Positions 47,570 to 57,947 of a DNA stretch of 64,000 nucleotides are shown here, piece after piece. Positions within the stretch are counted from its first letter, which is position 1, and each line of letters begins with the position of its first letter. Below the pieces are notes generated by a model, which saw only the letters and a list, made by a program, of their open reading frames with translations, was not told the DNA's origin and did no database searches. The stretch is taken from assembly GCA_964641135.1 (NCBI GenBank), contig CAZXJV010000003.1:2418-66417 (forward strand). Direction: 5' to 3'. Position numbers and translations under genes: made by a program. The DNA is from an uncultured Treponema sp. (GTDB lineage: Bacteria > Spirochaetota > Spirochaetia > Treponematales > Treponemataceae).

Positions 47570-48107
47570 ACGGGACCGTTATCTTCCCTGGCCGCTTTCG
47601 GATTTACCGCTGTGCCTGGATGAAGAGAAAAGTGCAGAACTGATTCATGCCGGGAGGATTTTTTTGGCAGAACGGCAGGCCTTGTCCTTGCTTGCGCGGG
47701 CAGAACAGTCATCCGGAGGGCTTACCCTTAAATTAGCCCGTAAAGGTTTTACACAGCAGGAAGCTGTGCCGGCCCTTGTTTTTTTACAGGAAAAAGGCTT
47801 CCTTGACGATTATCGATTTGCTTCGGTGTGGATTTCATCCAGATTACGTCGTCATCCGGACGGGAGGCGCAATCTGGTGTACGGGCTTGTGTCTCGGGGT
47901 GTACCAATGGCAGTTGCACACAGGGCTGTTGATGATATATGTGATGGAACAACTGAAGAACAGTCATGCGAAAAGGTTGCATCAAAACTCCTGAAACAGG
48001 GACGAAATCCCCTTCAGGTCAATAAAGCATTGCGTCTGAGAGGCTTTACAATCACTGTAATCAGAAAAACCATGCAGAAACTGACCCAAAACGAAAAAAA
48101 CGGTTGA
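47532..48107 (+). CDS. recX: RecX family regulatory protein
   Basis: Three-helix repeat pattern with LARKGFTQQEAVPALVFLQEKGFLDDYRFA and GLVSRGVPMAVAHRAVDDI. The start assignment is uncertain because the ATG and its GGAAGG RBS lie inside the terminator hairpin. Confidence 0.75.
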   Translation: MKIRLSGGPSFFLRDRYLPWPLSDLPLCLDEEKSAELIHAGRIFLAERQALSLLARAEQSSGGLTLKLARKGFTQQEAVPALVFLQEKGFLDDYRFASVWISSRLRRHPDGRRNLVYGLVSRGVPMAVAHRAVDDICDGTTEEQSCEKVASKLLKQGRNPLQVNKALRLRGFTITVIRKTMQKLTQNEKNG

Positions 48108-48153
48108 ACCGATCTTAAATTACCTATATAGTATCCTTGGAGATAACAACGAT

Positions 48154-48765
48154 ATGCATAAAGACCCACAGAGTAAACGAATCAAGATATATTCTGCTCT
48201 CGAAGTAGCCAATATATGCGGTGTTGTCAACCAGACCGCGATAAACTGGATCAGAAACGGGTATCTGAAAGCCTTTACAACACCCGGCGGACAATACCGG
48301 GTATATAAAGATGATCTTGCGGCTTTTATCCGGGAACGGGGAATGCGTGTACCTGCAGAATTTTCCGATGTTGAAGGTATAGAAGCAGACTGGAAAACCG
48401 TTCTTGTCGTTGATGATGATGAAGTCCTGAACAAGGCTATCGCCTCATATCTTACAAAACACCTGGATGGTTTTACTATTTTGCAGGCGATGAACGGTTT
48501 TGATGCCGGTTCACTTATCGCCCAGAAAAAACCGGGTTTTATCATCCTTGATCTTGATCTTCCCGGTGTCAACGGAAAAGAAATTTGTCAGCGTATCAAA
48601 AAGGATGCCAGCTTCGGTAAACCGTACGTGATAGTGGTAACCGGACTTGAAGAAGATGGTATAGAAGAAAAAATGATCGGTTTTGGAGCGGATCGTTTCT
48701 TTCGCAAACCCCTTACCATGAGTACTCTTGTTGATACCATAAACGCAGCGATAGACGCTGACTGA
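48154..48765 (+). CDS. response regulator with an N-terminal excisionase/MerR-like HTH and a C-terminal receiver domain
   Basis: YSALEVANICGVVNQTAINWIRNGYLKAFTTPGGQYRV is an HTH_17-like domain. The REC domain follows, with VVDDD, ILDLDLPGVNG (phospho-acceptor Asp), VVTG and RKP. Confidence 0.8.
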   Translation: MHKDPQSKRIKIYSALEVANICGVVNQTAINWIRNGYLKAFTTPGGQYRVYKDDLAAFIRERGMRVPAEFSDVEGIEADWKTVLVVDDDEVLNKAIASYLTKHLDGFTILQAMNGFDAGSLIAQKKPGFIILDLDLPGVNGKEICQRIKKDASFGKPYVIVVTGLEEDGIEEKMIGFGADRFFRKPLTMSTLVDTINAAIDAD

Positions 48766-48788
48766 TTCAATTCCCTGCAGTTTGTTCG

Positions 48789-50648
48789 TTAACCGGAACT
48801 TTCTGTTTTAAATCCATCAAGCATGGCGTGCAGGGCAGACATTTTTTCACGGTTATCCCTGCTCAGGTTGTTTATACTGGTGATACGGTGCAGAATATCT
48901 GTTGTTCCCAGACCAATCTCGGCTATCCCGCCCCGCGCCTCGCTGAATATCGATTCCATAATCCCGATTTGTGTTGTCACTGTGTCTCTCAATTCCTCAA
49001 GACGTGCGGTTTTATCTGAAAGCTCGTCAGTAGACCGGGATACCTGGTCCGAGCGCTGAGCAAGATCACTTCCCATTCTGTCAAGTGTAGTCAGTTCTGA
49101 AACGATATTCCCCAGTGCTTCAACTAGTTCCTCTATCATATGCACAGTAGCGGAAAATGCCTGGGTTGCATTATGACTTGATCGCTGTGCTTCCTGTACC
49201 TGGGTTATTATATCTGACAGGGTGGTGTTGATAAGGAATGAATTCTCGGTTGTAGATTCGGCCAATTTCTGTATTTCATCAGCAACTACCGCAAAGCCTT
49301 TCCCTGCTTCGCCGGCATGCGCACTTTCGATAGCAGCATTCATTGAAAGAATACTGGTCTGTTCCGCTATTGTATTTATTAATGTAATGAAAGAATGTAC
49401 CTCATCGAGTTTTTCCGTTACAGATACAAGCAGTGTTTCCGCGCTGGATATTTTCTCCTCTCCTTCTGCTGCAATTCGTTTGAGTTCCCTGGTTTCACCG
49501 GCTTTTTCACCGCTGATTCTGGAAATGGTGTCGATGGACGAGCTCATTGAATTGATCGCGTGAGTGCTTTCTTTAATTGTTTTGGACTGGCTGTCGATGT
49601 CATCAAGAAAGGTTACCAGAAAGTCGGACATGATATTCAGTGCATCAATCGAGCTTTGAACAGAGTCAGTGAGCCGCTTGAACTGCTCTTCCATGGAGTT
49701 GATATTGGCAGTAATTTGCGTAGTTGCCGAAGTTACTTCTCCTGAAGACAGGTTAACCGACTCGCTCATGTCTGTTGCTTCGGTGGCAGTTGTTTTTACA
49801 ACTGACATAAATTCGCCAAGCAGGGTTATGGTGTGATTCAGATGTGTTGCCAGTTCGCCCAGTTCATCAGGGGTTGAATCTGATAAATTGATCGTCAGAT
49901 CGCGGGCTGCAAGAAGTTCGCTTGCTGCTCTGATACTGGCCAGGCGGTTTACAATCCGTGAGGTGATACGCGTAACAATAATAAAGGTCAGCACAGAAAC
50001 CACGGCAAGGAGAATAAAACTTGAAACAAGCAGTGTGGTCATGATCCGGCGCACTTCCGAATCCAGTGCTGCCCGGAATTCATCCATTGAAATTCCGAAT
50101 GAGCCGGAATAAACATTCAGCTTGTAAATTGCGCTGGTTAATCGCAGATAGAATGTAGAAATCATGGGATAATCATCAAGGGTCTGATTATTCAGGTAAA
50201 CAGAAATCAATCCGTTGTTTTTAAGCAGATTTCGTGTAATCGGTGCCAGTTCTGCTCCCGCAAGGGCGACAATTTCTGTTTCCAGACTCGAAAAAGACTG
50301 GTCTATCAGTTTATAAAGGTTTACAGCCCCGGTCAGGTGCTGCACTGTGTCCTCTGAAAGTCTGGCGCGCATCGGGTCGCCAGCCAGATCATCCAGTGCT
50401 TCAGTGAAGGAATTTTTAAAACTCAGCCAGTCCTGTAACAGCACTTCGGTATCGGTACGAAGAGTAACCAGATCCGAAATATGAATTCGCAGGGCATACC
50501 AGCTTACAATTGTATTGCTTGTTCGAACCTGGTAATCCTTAAGATTGACAATTCGGGAAAAAGAGAAAATTAGATACAGGGAGAGCAGGGTGCTGGTCGC
50601 AATAAACAGGGCTACCGTAGCTCCCAGCTTATAATTAAGTTTCATCAA
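48789..50648 (-). CDS. methyl-accepting chemotaxis protein
   Basis: Two TM segments flank a ~170-aa periplasmic region. A HAMP domain follows, then the conserved signalling hairpin [31 protein letters not shown]. Confidence 0.92.
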   Translation of the reverse strand: MMKLNYKLGATVALFIATSTLLSLYLIFSFSRIVNLKDYQVRTSNTIVSWYALRIHISDLVTLRTDTEVLLQDWLSFKNSFTEALDDLAGDPMRARLSEDTVQHLTGAVNLYKLIDQSFSSLETEIVALAGAELAPITRNLLKNNGLISVYLNNQTLDDYPMISTFYLRLTSAIYKLNVYSGSFGISMDEFRAALDSEVRRIMTTLLVSSFILLAVVSVLTFIIVTRITSRIVNRLASIRAASELLAARDLTINLSDSTPDELGELATHLNHTITLLGEFMSVVKTTATEATDMSESVNLSSGEVTSATTQITANINSMEEQFKRLTDSVQSSIDALNIMSDFLVTFLDDIDSQSKTIKESTHAINSMSSSIDTISRISGEKAGETRELKRIAAEGEEKISSAETLLVSVTEKLDEVHSFITLINTIAEQTSILSMNAAIESAHAGEAGKGFAVVADEIQKLAESTTENSFLINTTLSDIITQVQEAQRSSHNATQAFSATVHMIEELVEALGNIVSELTTLDRMGSDLAQRSDQVSRSTDELSDKTARLEELRDTVTTQIGIMESIFSEARGGIAEIGLGTTDILHRITSINNLSRDNREKMSALHAMLDGFKTESSG

Positions 50649-50711
50649 GCCATAGTAACTGTTTTAGCGGTAAATTGCAAACTTTACTTCTTGCCTGTAT
50701 AGTCCTTTCAT

Positions 50712-51773
50712 ATGAATACGGATGTTTTTTATATAACAGTTCCTGCAGGTATAGAACGTTTGCTGCCTGCTGTTTTCTCGGCCCTCGAGCTGCCTTCTCT
50801 GGAAGTATTACGAACCGGGTCCGGTTATGTAGAACTGAGGTCAGCCTCGGGTGGTGACGTACTGTGTGATACCGGAATCTTCAATAATGTATTCAGGGTA
50901 ATCAAGGCCTGGCCTTCTGGGAAAAGCGGCTTTGCAGCCCTTGTTGATAAACTGGAACGGACAATCCCTGCCCTTGGTCCCGGACCGGAGGATCGAGGAT
51001 GCACCTTTCGGGTACGGTATTCCCTTGCAAACCAGTTCTGCTCTGTTGACCGCCAGTTGATGGCCCGGGCCGAACGATGCATAAGCTCCTCATCCGGCCT
51101 TGTTCCTGACCGATTGAATCCGGATGTTGAATTCTGGTTTTTAATTCGATCGGAAGGGCCAGCCTGGTTTCTCCGTCTTGTTAAACCGTCGCAAAAGACA
51201 GTTCCGGCTGCTGCGGGAGAGCTGAAAGCAGGAATGGCAAAACTGCTGTGTGCTGCCGCCGGCGCCGCTTTCAGGGCTGGAGGATCATTTACTGAACAGA
51301 TACGGCTAGCCTGTGATCCGTTTGCGGGTTCGGGCGCGATTCCGGCAGCCCTTTATTCATTATACCCCGAGGCCCGTATAGTGGCAGGGGACCTTGATCC
51401 TGAAAAGGTTGAAGCCATGAGACTGCGTTTCGCAGACACCCCGCTTGAAGTTGTGTGTTCGGATGCCTGCCGTCTTGCAGACTTGAACGATGCCAGTGTA
51501 GACCTGATCGTCACTGATCCTCCCTGGGGGCAGTGGGATGCAGATATTTGGAAGGATGGAGGTCGCCTGGAGGATCTTTATAAAGGCATGGTTGCCGAAT
51601 TGTGCCGTGTCCTGACTTTCGGTGGCGTTGCTGTGGTGCTCACCGGTGCAAAGAAAGAATTTGAGGACGCATTTGCATCACGAAACCAGCTGAAAGCGGT
51701 CGAACCCTTCAGAACCGATCTGCTGGTAAATGGTAAAAAGGCTGCCCTGTATGTGTTTCGCCGCTGTATGTAA
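50712..51773 (+). CDS. SAM-dependent methyltransferase (UPF0020/THUMP-associated RNA methylase-like)
   Basis: CDPFAGSGAIP is the SAM motif I and IVTDPPWGQ the (D/N)PP(Y/W) motif IV. The N-terminal ~150 aa are THUMP-like. Confidence 0.7.
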   Translation: MNTDVFYITVPAGIERLLPAVFSALELPSLEVLRTGSGYVELRSASGGDVLCDTGIFNNVFRVIKAWPSGKSGFAALVDKLERTIPALGPGPEDRGCTFRVRYSLANQFCSVDRQLMARAERCISSSSGLVPDRLNPDVEFWFLIRSEGPAWFLRLVKPSQKTVPAAAGELKAGMAKLLCAAAGAAFRAGGSFTEQIRLACDPFAGSGAIPAALYSLYPEARIVAGDLDPEKVEAMRLRFADTPLEVVCSDACRLADLNDASVDLIVTDPPWGQWDADIWKDGGRLEDLYKGMVAELCRVLTFGGVAVVLTGAKKEFEDAFASRNQLKAVEPFRTDLLVNGKKAALYVFRRCM

Positions 51774-51832
51774 TACCGGCAGGTTAATCCCTGACTCAAA
51801 ATATCAACAATTTTGATAGCAGTATACAGGGT

Positions 51833-52573
51833 TCACAGGTCGCACATATCCTGAATCCTGTTAGTTATAACCGAAGCAACCCCTCCTGACAGCAGACGCT
51901 CCGCTTCATTTCGATCATCAACTGTCCATACCAGTGCCGGGGCCCTGGTATAGATTGGCCGTTCGGGTGACCATGGTGCCAGCCGCCGTTCAGGTTTCAG
52001 AATCGGTGCACGGGAAATAAACAGGCATTCCCGGTGACGCAGATACCAGGGGACTCCCCGGTCTGAACAGTAAATAGCGGCTGTGAGAATATCTGGCATC
52101 AGGCGTTGGCATGAAAGCAGTGCAAAGGGATTAAACGAAGAAATAATGCAGTTTCGTCTATTGTGACGCTGAAGGATTCTTTGCAAGGCCTGTGCTGTTT
52201 GTGCCGATTGAATACCGGACGTCTTGATTTCAATATCGATGCAGATGTCAGATCCCAGGGTTTCCAGTACCTCTTCAAAAAGAGGAATGCGTTCACCGGC
52301 AAAGGCCGGGCTAAAATGTCTGCCGGCATCGAGTTTGCGAAGGGCATTAAAGGGACTATCAGCCACTTTTACATCGGAACCGGCGATACGTTTCAGATAC
52401 GGGTCATGAAAAACAATCACTTCTCCGGTTGCACACAGCTGAATATCAAGTTCGACTCCCCTGCATCCGAGCTCCCGCGCCCGCTGGAAGGCGCTGAGGG
52501 TGTTTTCAGGAGCAAGACTTGATGCCCCCCGGTGCGCAAGAACTCGCGGCCAGCCTTCAGGAAGAGGATTCAT
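51833..52573 (-). CDS. glycerophosphodiester phosphodiesterase
   Basis: VLAHRGASSLAPENTLSAF and GVELDIQL are GDPD motifs. The start is uncertain: the ATG at 52573 is preferred, with alternatives at 52612 and 52687. Confidence 0.8.
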   Translation of the reverse strand: MNPLPEGWPRVLAHRGASSLAPENTLSAFQRARELGCRGVELDIQLCATGEVIVFHDPYLKRIAGSDVKVADSPFNALRKLDAGRHFSPAFAGERIPLFEEVLETLGSDICIDIEIKTSGIQSAQTAQALQRILQRHNRRNCIISSFNPFALLSCQRLMPDILTAAIYCSDRGVPWYLRHRECLFISRAPILKPERRLAPWSPERPIYTRAPALVWTVDDRNEAERLLSGGVASVITNRIQDMCDL

Positions 52574-52680
52574 CGTTTTTTTACCGCTTTTTTTTGACAG
52601 ATTCACAGGCATCAGTATATCATCAAAGCCAACGGGCCGGATACAGCAAAAAGTTCCTTCCGGGCCGGTCGAGGGACACA

Positions 52681-53979
52681 ATGACAAAAAACACTTCCGG
52701 TTTCAGGCCCTTCTTGCCGCTCACCTTTTTGATCGGCTTCGGCTTTTTTACCATGGGGATGATGGATCCCCTGTATGACAGCTATGTGCAGATCTTTTTA
52801 GCCCGGTACATCGATCTGAAATGGCAGATCGGTATCATCATGTCCCTGGACAATATGCTGGCCCTGTTTTTGATCCCTGTTGTCTCGGTCTGGTCGGACC
52901 GTACCCGCAGTCCCTTCGGACGCCGTATGCCCTGGATAGTGACTCTTCTGCCCCTTTCGGCTCTTGCCTTTGCTCTGATCCCCTGGGCAGCAGGCCGATC
53001 TCTTGTTGCACTTGTCGTGCTTCTCCTTTTTCTGAACGTGTTCAAGCAGGGGGTGCGCGGTCCTGTCGTAGCCTTGATGCCGGATACCATTCCCGGCGCC
53101 TTCCGCTCCCAGGCAAACGGTGTAATAAACACAATGGGGAACATTGCCGCCATTGTAGGGACCATCGGGCTTGCCCGTCTTATGGATGTGGATATCATGC
53201 TGCCTGTAATCGGCCGGACAAAGGATGTTCTTGCCTTCCCGGCAGGAGGACTGTTTGTACTTCTTGCAGTTTTGTTGTTGGTGCTCTTTATCCGTGAAAA
53301 ACATCAGGACGAGCCGGCTGCCGGTGAACATATACCCTTCTTCAAGAGTTTTGCTATTGTGTTCCGCCATCAGGACCGCTCGGCCGTCTGGGTTCTGGTA
53401 AGTCTGTTTTTATGGTTTGTCGGTTATCAGGGGGTAGTTCCCTTTATTACCGAGTACAGTATCGAAACCTTTAATCTGACGAGCGGACAGGGCCCTCTTT
53501 CAATGGGGATGGTTGGTATCTCGGGTGCCCTGTGCGCCATTCCCATGGGCTATGCCGCCAGCCGCTGGGGGCGCAGGCGTGTTATCCGTATTTGTCTTGC
53601 AGCAGTTTCGGTCCTTACCGTCGGGGCCTTCCTCCTTGTTCCGGCAGGACGTGCTGCCGGCATATCTGTTTCGCTGCTAACCCTCATCTTCTGGTCAATC
53701 ATGTTTTTGTACGGAATGTTCTGGATCGGTGTTGTTGCTAATTCGTTCCCCATGCTGTGGCAGATGGCCCGCTACGACAACATCGGGGTCTACACCGGAC
53801 TGTACTACACTTTTTCACAGCTTGCGGCTATTGTTGCCCCGGCTTTAAGCGGGGCGGTGATAGACCTGACCGGCAAGCGCTGGATGTTCCTTTTTTGCGC
53901 TGTCTTTTTTGCCCTTGCCAACCTGACTATGAGCCGGGTTACCGGCGGAGAAAAGGAATCGGCTCCGGTACAGGATTGA
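52681..53979 (+). CDS. MFS transporter (GPH/SLC45-like)
   Basis: ATG at 52681. Twelve predicted helices. WSDRTRSPFGRRMPW is typical of the GPH-type loop 2-3. Divergent from the GDPD gene. Confidence 0.8.
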   Translation: MTKNTSGFRPFLPLTFLIGFGFFTMGMMDPLYDSYVQIFLARYIDLKWQIGIIMSLDNMLALFLIPVVSVWSDRTRSPFGRRMPWIVTLLPLSALAFALIPWAAGRSLVALVVLLLFLNVFKQGVRGPVVALMPDTIPGAFRSQANGVINTMGNIAAIVGTIGLARLMDVDIMLPVIGRTKDVLAFPAGGLFVLLAVLLLVLFIREKHQDEPAAGEHIPFFKSFAIVFRHQDRSAVWVLVSLFLWFVGYQGVVPFITEYSIETFNLTSGQGPLSMGMVGISGALCAIPMGYAASRWGRRRVIRICLAAVSVLTVGAFLLVPAGRAAGISVSLLTLIFWSIMFLYGMFWIGVVANSFPMLWQMARYDNIGVYTGLYYTFSQLAAIVAPALSGAVIDLTGKRWMFLFCAVFFALANLTMSRVTGGEKESAPVQD

Positions 53980-54063
53980 CCAGGTACGAAAGAGAACAGG
54001 GTCAGAAACGCACCCGGACTCCCCCTTGTTATTCCTTTTCCGACAGGATACCATGACATCCTC

Positions 54064-55449
54064 ATGAAAGATCTTACATCCGGCAGCGAGGTCAAGCTCA
54101 TCCTGCTTTTTACCCTGCCCATGCTTGTTGGCAATGCGTTTCAGCAATTGTATAACCTGGTAGACACCGTTATTGTCGGCCGATGGGTCGGAAAGGAAGC
54201 CCTGGGTGCTGTAGGCCAGGCGTTTCCGGTTATTTTTATTTCTGTAGCACTTGTTATGGGCTTTGGTATGGCTGCCAATGTCCTTATTGCCCAGTATTTT
54301 GGGGCTGGAAACCGTGAACGTGTCCAGGCTGCCATAGATACAACCCTTGTTGTCGTGTTCCGCTTTGCGCTGGTAGTAACCGTTGCCGGTCTTTTTCTGG
54401 CTCCGGCAATCCTGCGTCTGATGGGTACCCCTGCCGACGTTATGGACGGGGCTGTCCTGTATTTGCGGATCATCTTTGCAGGTTTTATACCCAGTTTTGG
54501 CTATAACGCAGTAAGTGCCATCCTGCGTGGCCTGGGCGATTCCCGTACCCCCTTATATGCCCTTATCATCGCAACCCTGATAAATATCGCGCTTGATCTG
54601 GTATTTGTTCTTGTGTGCGGCTGGGGAATTGCCGGAGTCGGCGTTGCTACCGTGATTGCCCAGCTGGCATCCTTTATCTGGACAATACTGTACCTGCGTA
54701 AAAAAAACAGGTCTGTAACTATACGTCTGATCGGTCTCAAGATGGATCAACAGATGTTCAAGGATTCTTTGCGTATGGGCTTACCGGCCGGAATTCAGCA
54801 GGCTCTGGTCGGCGGCGGCCTTATGGCGTTAACGGCAGTGGTAAACAGTTTTGGAACCAATACCGTCGCTGCGTTTTCAGCTGTCAGCAAACTTGATGCC
54901 TTTGTAAGCATGCCGGCCATGAATATCGGGATGGCAGTATCCACCTTTACCGGCCAGAATCTGGGTGCGGGACGCCGTGACCGTGTCAGCCGCGGCCTTA
55001 AGGCCGCACTGGCTATGGCCATGTCTATTACCGTCTTTCTTGCGGGTGCACTGTTCATCCGCGGAGATTTTATGATCGCCCTTTTTTCCCCCGATTCCGA
55101 AGTAATCCGCATCGGTAGCGAGTATCTCAAGATTGTTGCGCTGGGCTATGTCGCACATACACTGATGTTTGCGTATATGGGTGTGGTGCGCGGAGCAGGT
55201 GAAACGGTGTTTCCCATGCTTATGTCTTTATTGGGTATGTGGGTGATCCGTATACCCCTTGCGAACCTGCTGTCGCGGTACTGGGGTACGGCCGGTATCT
55301 GGTGGGCGATTACCCTGGGCTTTTGTGCAAGTGCGGCCGGTTCAATCCTGTACTACCTGTTCGGACCCTGGTACAAAAAGGTTATAGTGCGTCCTGCAGG
55401 CGATGTGTCACCTGCAGTTTCAGCCGGAATTCCTGCTCAGGACAGTTGA
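54064..55449 (+). CDS. MATE family efflux transporter
   Basis: LLFTLPMLVGNAFQQLYNLVDTVIVGRWVG is a classic MATE N-terminus. 461 aa and 12 TM segments. Confidence 0.9.
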   Translation: MKDLTSGSEVKLILLFTLPMLVGNAFQQLYNLVDTVIVGRWVGKEALGAVGQAFPVIFISVALVMGFGMAANVLIAQYFGAGNRERVQAAIDTTLVVVFRFALVVTVAGLFLAPAILRLMGTPADVMDGAVLYLRIIFAGFIPSFGYNAVSAILRGLGDSRTPLYALIIATLINIALDLVFVLVCGWGIAGVGVATVIAQLASFIWTILYLRKKNRSVTIRLIGLKMDQQMFKDSLRMGLPAGIQQALVGGGLMALTAVVNSFGTNTVAAFSAVSKLDAFVSMPAMNIGMAVSTFTGQNLGAGRRDRVSRGLKAALAMAMSITVFLAGALFIRGDFMIALFSPDSEVIRIGSEYLKIVALGYVAHTLMFAYMGVVRGAGETVFPMLMSLLGMWVIRIPLANLLSRYWGTAGIWWAITLGFCASAAGSILYYLFGPWYKKVIVRPAGDVSPAVSAGIPAQDS

Positions 55450-56018
55450 GACTGTTCCGCTTCGGCCAGCATCTCGGTATAAAAACGCGGTTCCAGATCA
55501 TCTTCACCCAGGCCGCACAGGGCAAGGGCTGATCTCAGGGCAGACGCTGCTGCATCAACCTGTGCCGTATCCGCGTCGGGTACAAGAATTTCCGCTTCCA
55601 GGAACCACCCAAGCCGGTCAACCAGCGACAGTTCTATCGTTACTGCAGTATCGTCGTCCGCTTTCCAGTCCCATACTTCGGTATGTTTACGTTTGGTTAT
55701 GTACGGAGAAAAATCAAGATCAGTCAGTAAAATTTCGAACGAGTCACGATCGGTCACGCAAAACTCACGTTCGTCATTCACTTCAAGGGCGCCGCGCACT
55801 TCCTTCCGTTTGTAGGTAACTGTGCTGTTTCCGTTTTCTTCGCGCAGTCTCAGCTTTACCGCCCGGCCGGGGGCGTTTGCCTCATCCGGCTGTGTGCCGT
55901 TTTTGCGCCAGTAGCTGTCATTTTTTACAACAGCGCAGCGGAACACCGCGCCGGCATCAAGCCGGCCGCGGACCGCCCGGGGATCGGCAACCCTGGCCTT
56001 GATTTCTATTTCAGTCAT
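55437..56018 (-). CDS. CYTH-domain protein (class IV adenylyl cyclase / triphosphate tunnel metalloenzyme)
   Basis: N-terminal EIEIKARV provides the ExExK motif. The size of 193 aa and the acidic/basic beta-strand pattern fit. Confidence 0.8.
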   Translation of the reverse strand: MTEIEIKARVADPRAVRGRLDAGAVFRCAVVKNDSYWRKNGTQPDEANAPGRAVKLRLREENGNSTVTYKRKEVRGALEVNDEREFCVTDRDSFEILLTDLDFSPYITKRKHTEVWDWKADDDTAVTIELSLVDRLGWFLEAEILVPDADTAQVDAAASALRSALALCGLGEDDLEPRFYTEMLAEAEQSQLS

Positions 56019-56036
56019 GGCTGCCGTATCCTGAGC

Positions 56037-57695
56037 TTAGTTCCAGTCAAGGACAGACTGATCGTAATCTGCCGGAGCCTGGTAGCCCAGAAGCTCCATA
56101 CAGGTTGCGGCAAGACTGGAAATTCCAAGACCTTCTTTCAGCGCTGGTTTGTATTCACCCTTTGCTACCGGATCGAACAGGATGCAGGGTACCGGGTTCA
56201 GCGAGTGGCTGGTCTTTGCCTTGGGGCTGCCGTCAGCCTTGCGCGAAACAGCGCCGGTTTTTTTGTCATGCTCGTACATGTCGTCTGCGTTTCCGTGGTC
56301 GGCGCTCAGGATAAGGACGCCGCCTGCCCCTTCAACCGCCTTTCGCAGGCGCGCGATCTGCAGGTCCATCGCCTCCATGGAGCACAGGACCGCCTGGTAG
56401 TTTCCGGTGTGGCCGACCATGTCGCCGTTGGGGAAGTTAAGCCGGATAAAATCGTACTTGCCGGAGGGGATTGCTTCCAGCACTGCATCGGTGATTTCGG
56501 CGCACTTCATCCAGGGGCGCTGTTCAAAAGGCAGTACGTCGCTGCGGATTTCCACATAGCTTTCCAGTTTTTCATCGAATTTGCCAAGCTTGTTGCCGTT
56601 AAAGAAGTAGGTTACATGGCCGTATTTCTGTGTTTCGCTGATTGCAAGGGTTCGCACTCCGCTTGCAGCAAGGTATTCGCCCATGGTGCGGTCAATGGCC
56701 GGGGGGGTGACCAGGTACTGGGCGGGGATGTGGAGGTCGCCGTCATATTCCATCATTCCTGCATATTCCACTGCCGGTACGCGGACTCGGTCGAATTTGT
56801 CGAATTCGGCTCCGGTTTCAAAGGCTGCGGTCAGCTCAAGGGCGCGGTCTCCGCGGAAGTTGAAGTAGATGACAGAGTCGCCGTCTTCAATAGTGCCGAC
56901 CGGTTTTTCGTTTTCTGCTATTACAAACTCTTTAAGATCCTGGTCGATGATACCGGGGATCTCTTTTCTCCAGGTTTCAATGGCTTCGTGTGCGCTTGCG
57001 AACTGGCGGCCTTTTCCCAGAACATGGACGTTCCAGCCGCGTTCAACCATTGACCAGTCTGCGTTGTAGCGGTCCATGGTAATAAACATGCGTCCGCCGC
57101 CTGATGCAATGCGGTAGTCCACTCCTTTGGCATTGATGTCTTTGAGCCAGAGTTCAAAGGGGTCAATATAGTCAAGGGCGCTGGTTTCACCGACGTCGCG
57201 GCCGTCCAGAAGGGTATGGACTCGGGCGGTTTTAACGCCTTCTTCGGCAGCTTTTTTAAGCATTGCCTTCAGGTGGTCAATGTGGGAATGTACGTTTCCA
57301 TCAGAAAAAAGACCTATAAAATGAAGTTTTCCGCCGGTTTTCTGCACATTGGCGATGAGTTTTTTCCAGGTGTCTCCTGCAAACATGGCTCCGGTTTCGA
57401 TAGATCCTGATACCAGTTTTGCTCCCTGGGCAAATACGCGTCCGCAGCCGATGGCGTTGTGGCCTACTTCGCTGTTGCCCATGTCGTCATCGGAAGGCAG
57501 TCCTACGGCGGTGCCGTGGGCTTTCAGTTTGGTTGTGGGGCAGGTTTTGCCGAGGGAGGCAAGAGCTGCCATGTGTGCATCGGCAACTGCGTCGCCTTCG
57601 CTGTACTGTCCGTATCCGACACCGTCCATAATAACCAGTACTACCGGGCCGGTGCGTCCCTTCCATTTGGTGTTTTTATTCAGTGCGTTGACCAT
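56037..57695 (-). CDS. gpmI: 2,3-bisphosphoglycerate-independent phosphoglycerate mutase
   Basis: Contains VIMDGVGY, NSEVGHNAIG, the catalytic Ser region, and SADHGNAD. AAGGAG lies 6 nt upstream of the ATG at 57695. Confidence 0.93.
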   Translation of the reverse strand: MVNALNKNTKWKGRTGPVVLVIMDGVGYGQYSEGDAVADAHMAALASLGKTCPTTKLKAHGTAVGLPSDDDMGNSEVGHNAIGCGRVFAQGAKLVSGSIETGAMFAGDTWKKLIANVQKTGGKLHFIGLFSDGNVHSHIDHLKAMLKKAAEEGVKTARVHTLLDGRDVGETSALDYIDPFELWLKDINAKGVDYRIASGGGRMFITMDRYNADWSMVERGWNVHVLGKGRQFASAHEAIETWRKEIPGIIDQDLKEFVIAENEKPVGTIEDGDSVIYFNFRGDRALELTAAFETGAEFDKFDRVRVPAVEYAGMMEYDGDLHIPAQYLVTPPAIDRTMGEYLAASGVRTLAISETQKYGHVTYFFNGNKLGKFDEKLESYVEIRSDVLPFEQRPWMKCAEITDAVLEAIPSGKYDFIRLNFPNGDMVGHTGNYQAVLCSMEAMDLQIARLRKAVEGAGGVLILSADHGNADDMYEHDKKTGAVSRKADGSPKAKTSHSLNPVPCILFDPVAKGEYKPALKEGLGISSLAATCMELLGYQAPADYDQSVLDWN

Positions 57696-57947
57696 ATATG
57701 CTCCTTGGAATGTCAATAAAAGTGTTGTGTTACGCTTAATGTACCGGTTTTAAGGTGCTTGGGCAAGGCGGACTGTGTGTTCCATTTGTAGTACCGAAAA
57801 AATATATGTTCGGACCTATCCGGTAGAGAGGATTGAAAATTCGTAAATAAAGCATTAAAAAACAAAAAACTGGAAACACCGGGGGGCGGGTTTATACTGA
57901 ACTCAACCGGTACTGTGCCGGTATAGTTCCTAAGGAGGAATGTAATC

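Noticed and set aside
56205-57053. 282-aa plus-strand ORF inside gpmI. Similar cases: 28265-28987 inside glnA, 14507-15226 inside the MFS gene, 16280-16873 inside the SDR gene and 43213-43758 inside potA
   Set aside because: All are antisense to genes with strong family signatures. All give low-complexity or Cys/Arg-rich translations typical of shadow frames.
57910-57924. Operator-like GTACTGTGCCGGTAT upstream of the OMP gene, and TACCGGTA (35824-35831) just before the NFACT gene, as extra TetR sites
   Set aside because: The half-site spacing differs (3-nt versus 2-nt spacer) or only an 8-bp core is present. Matches this short are expected by chance in 64 kb.
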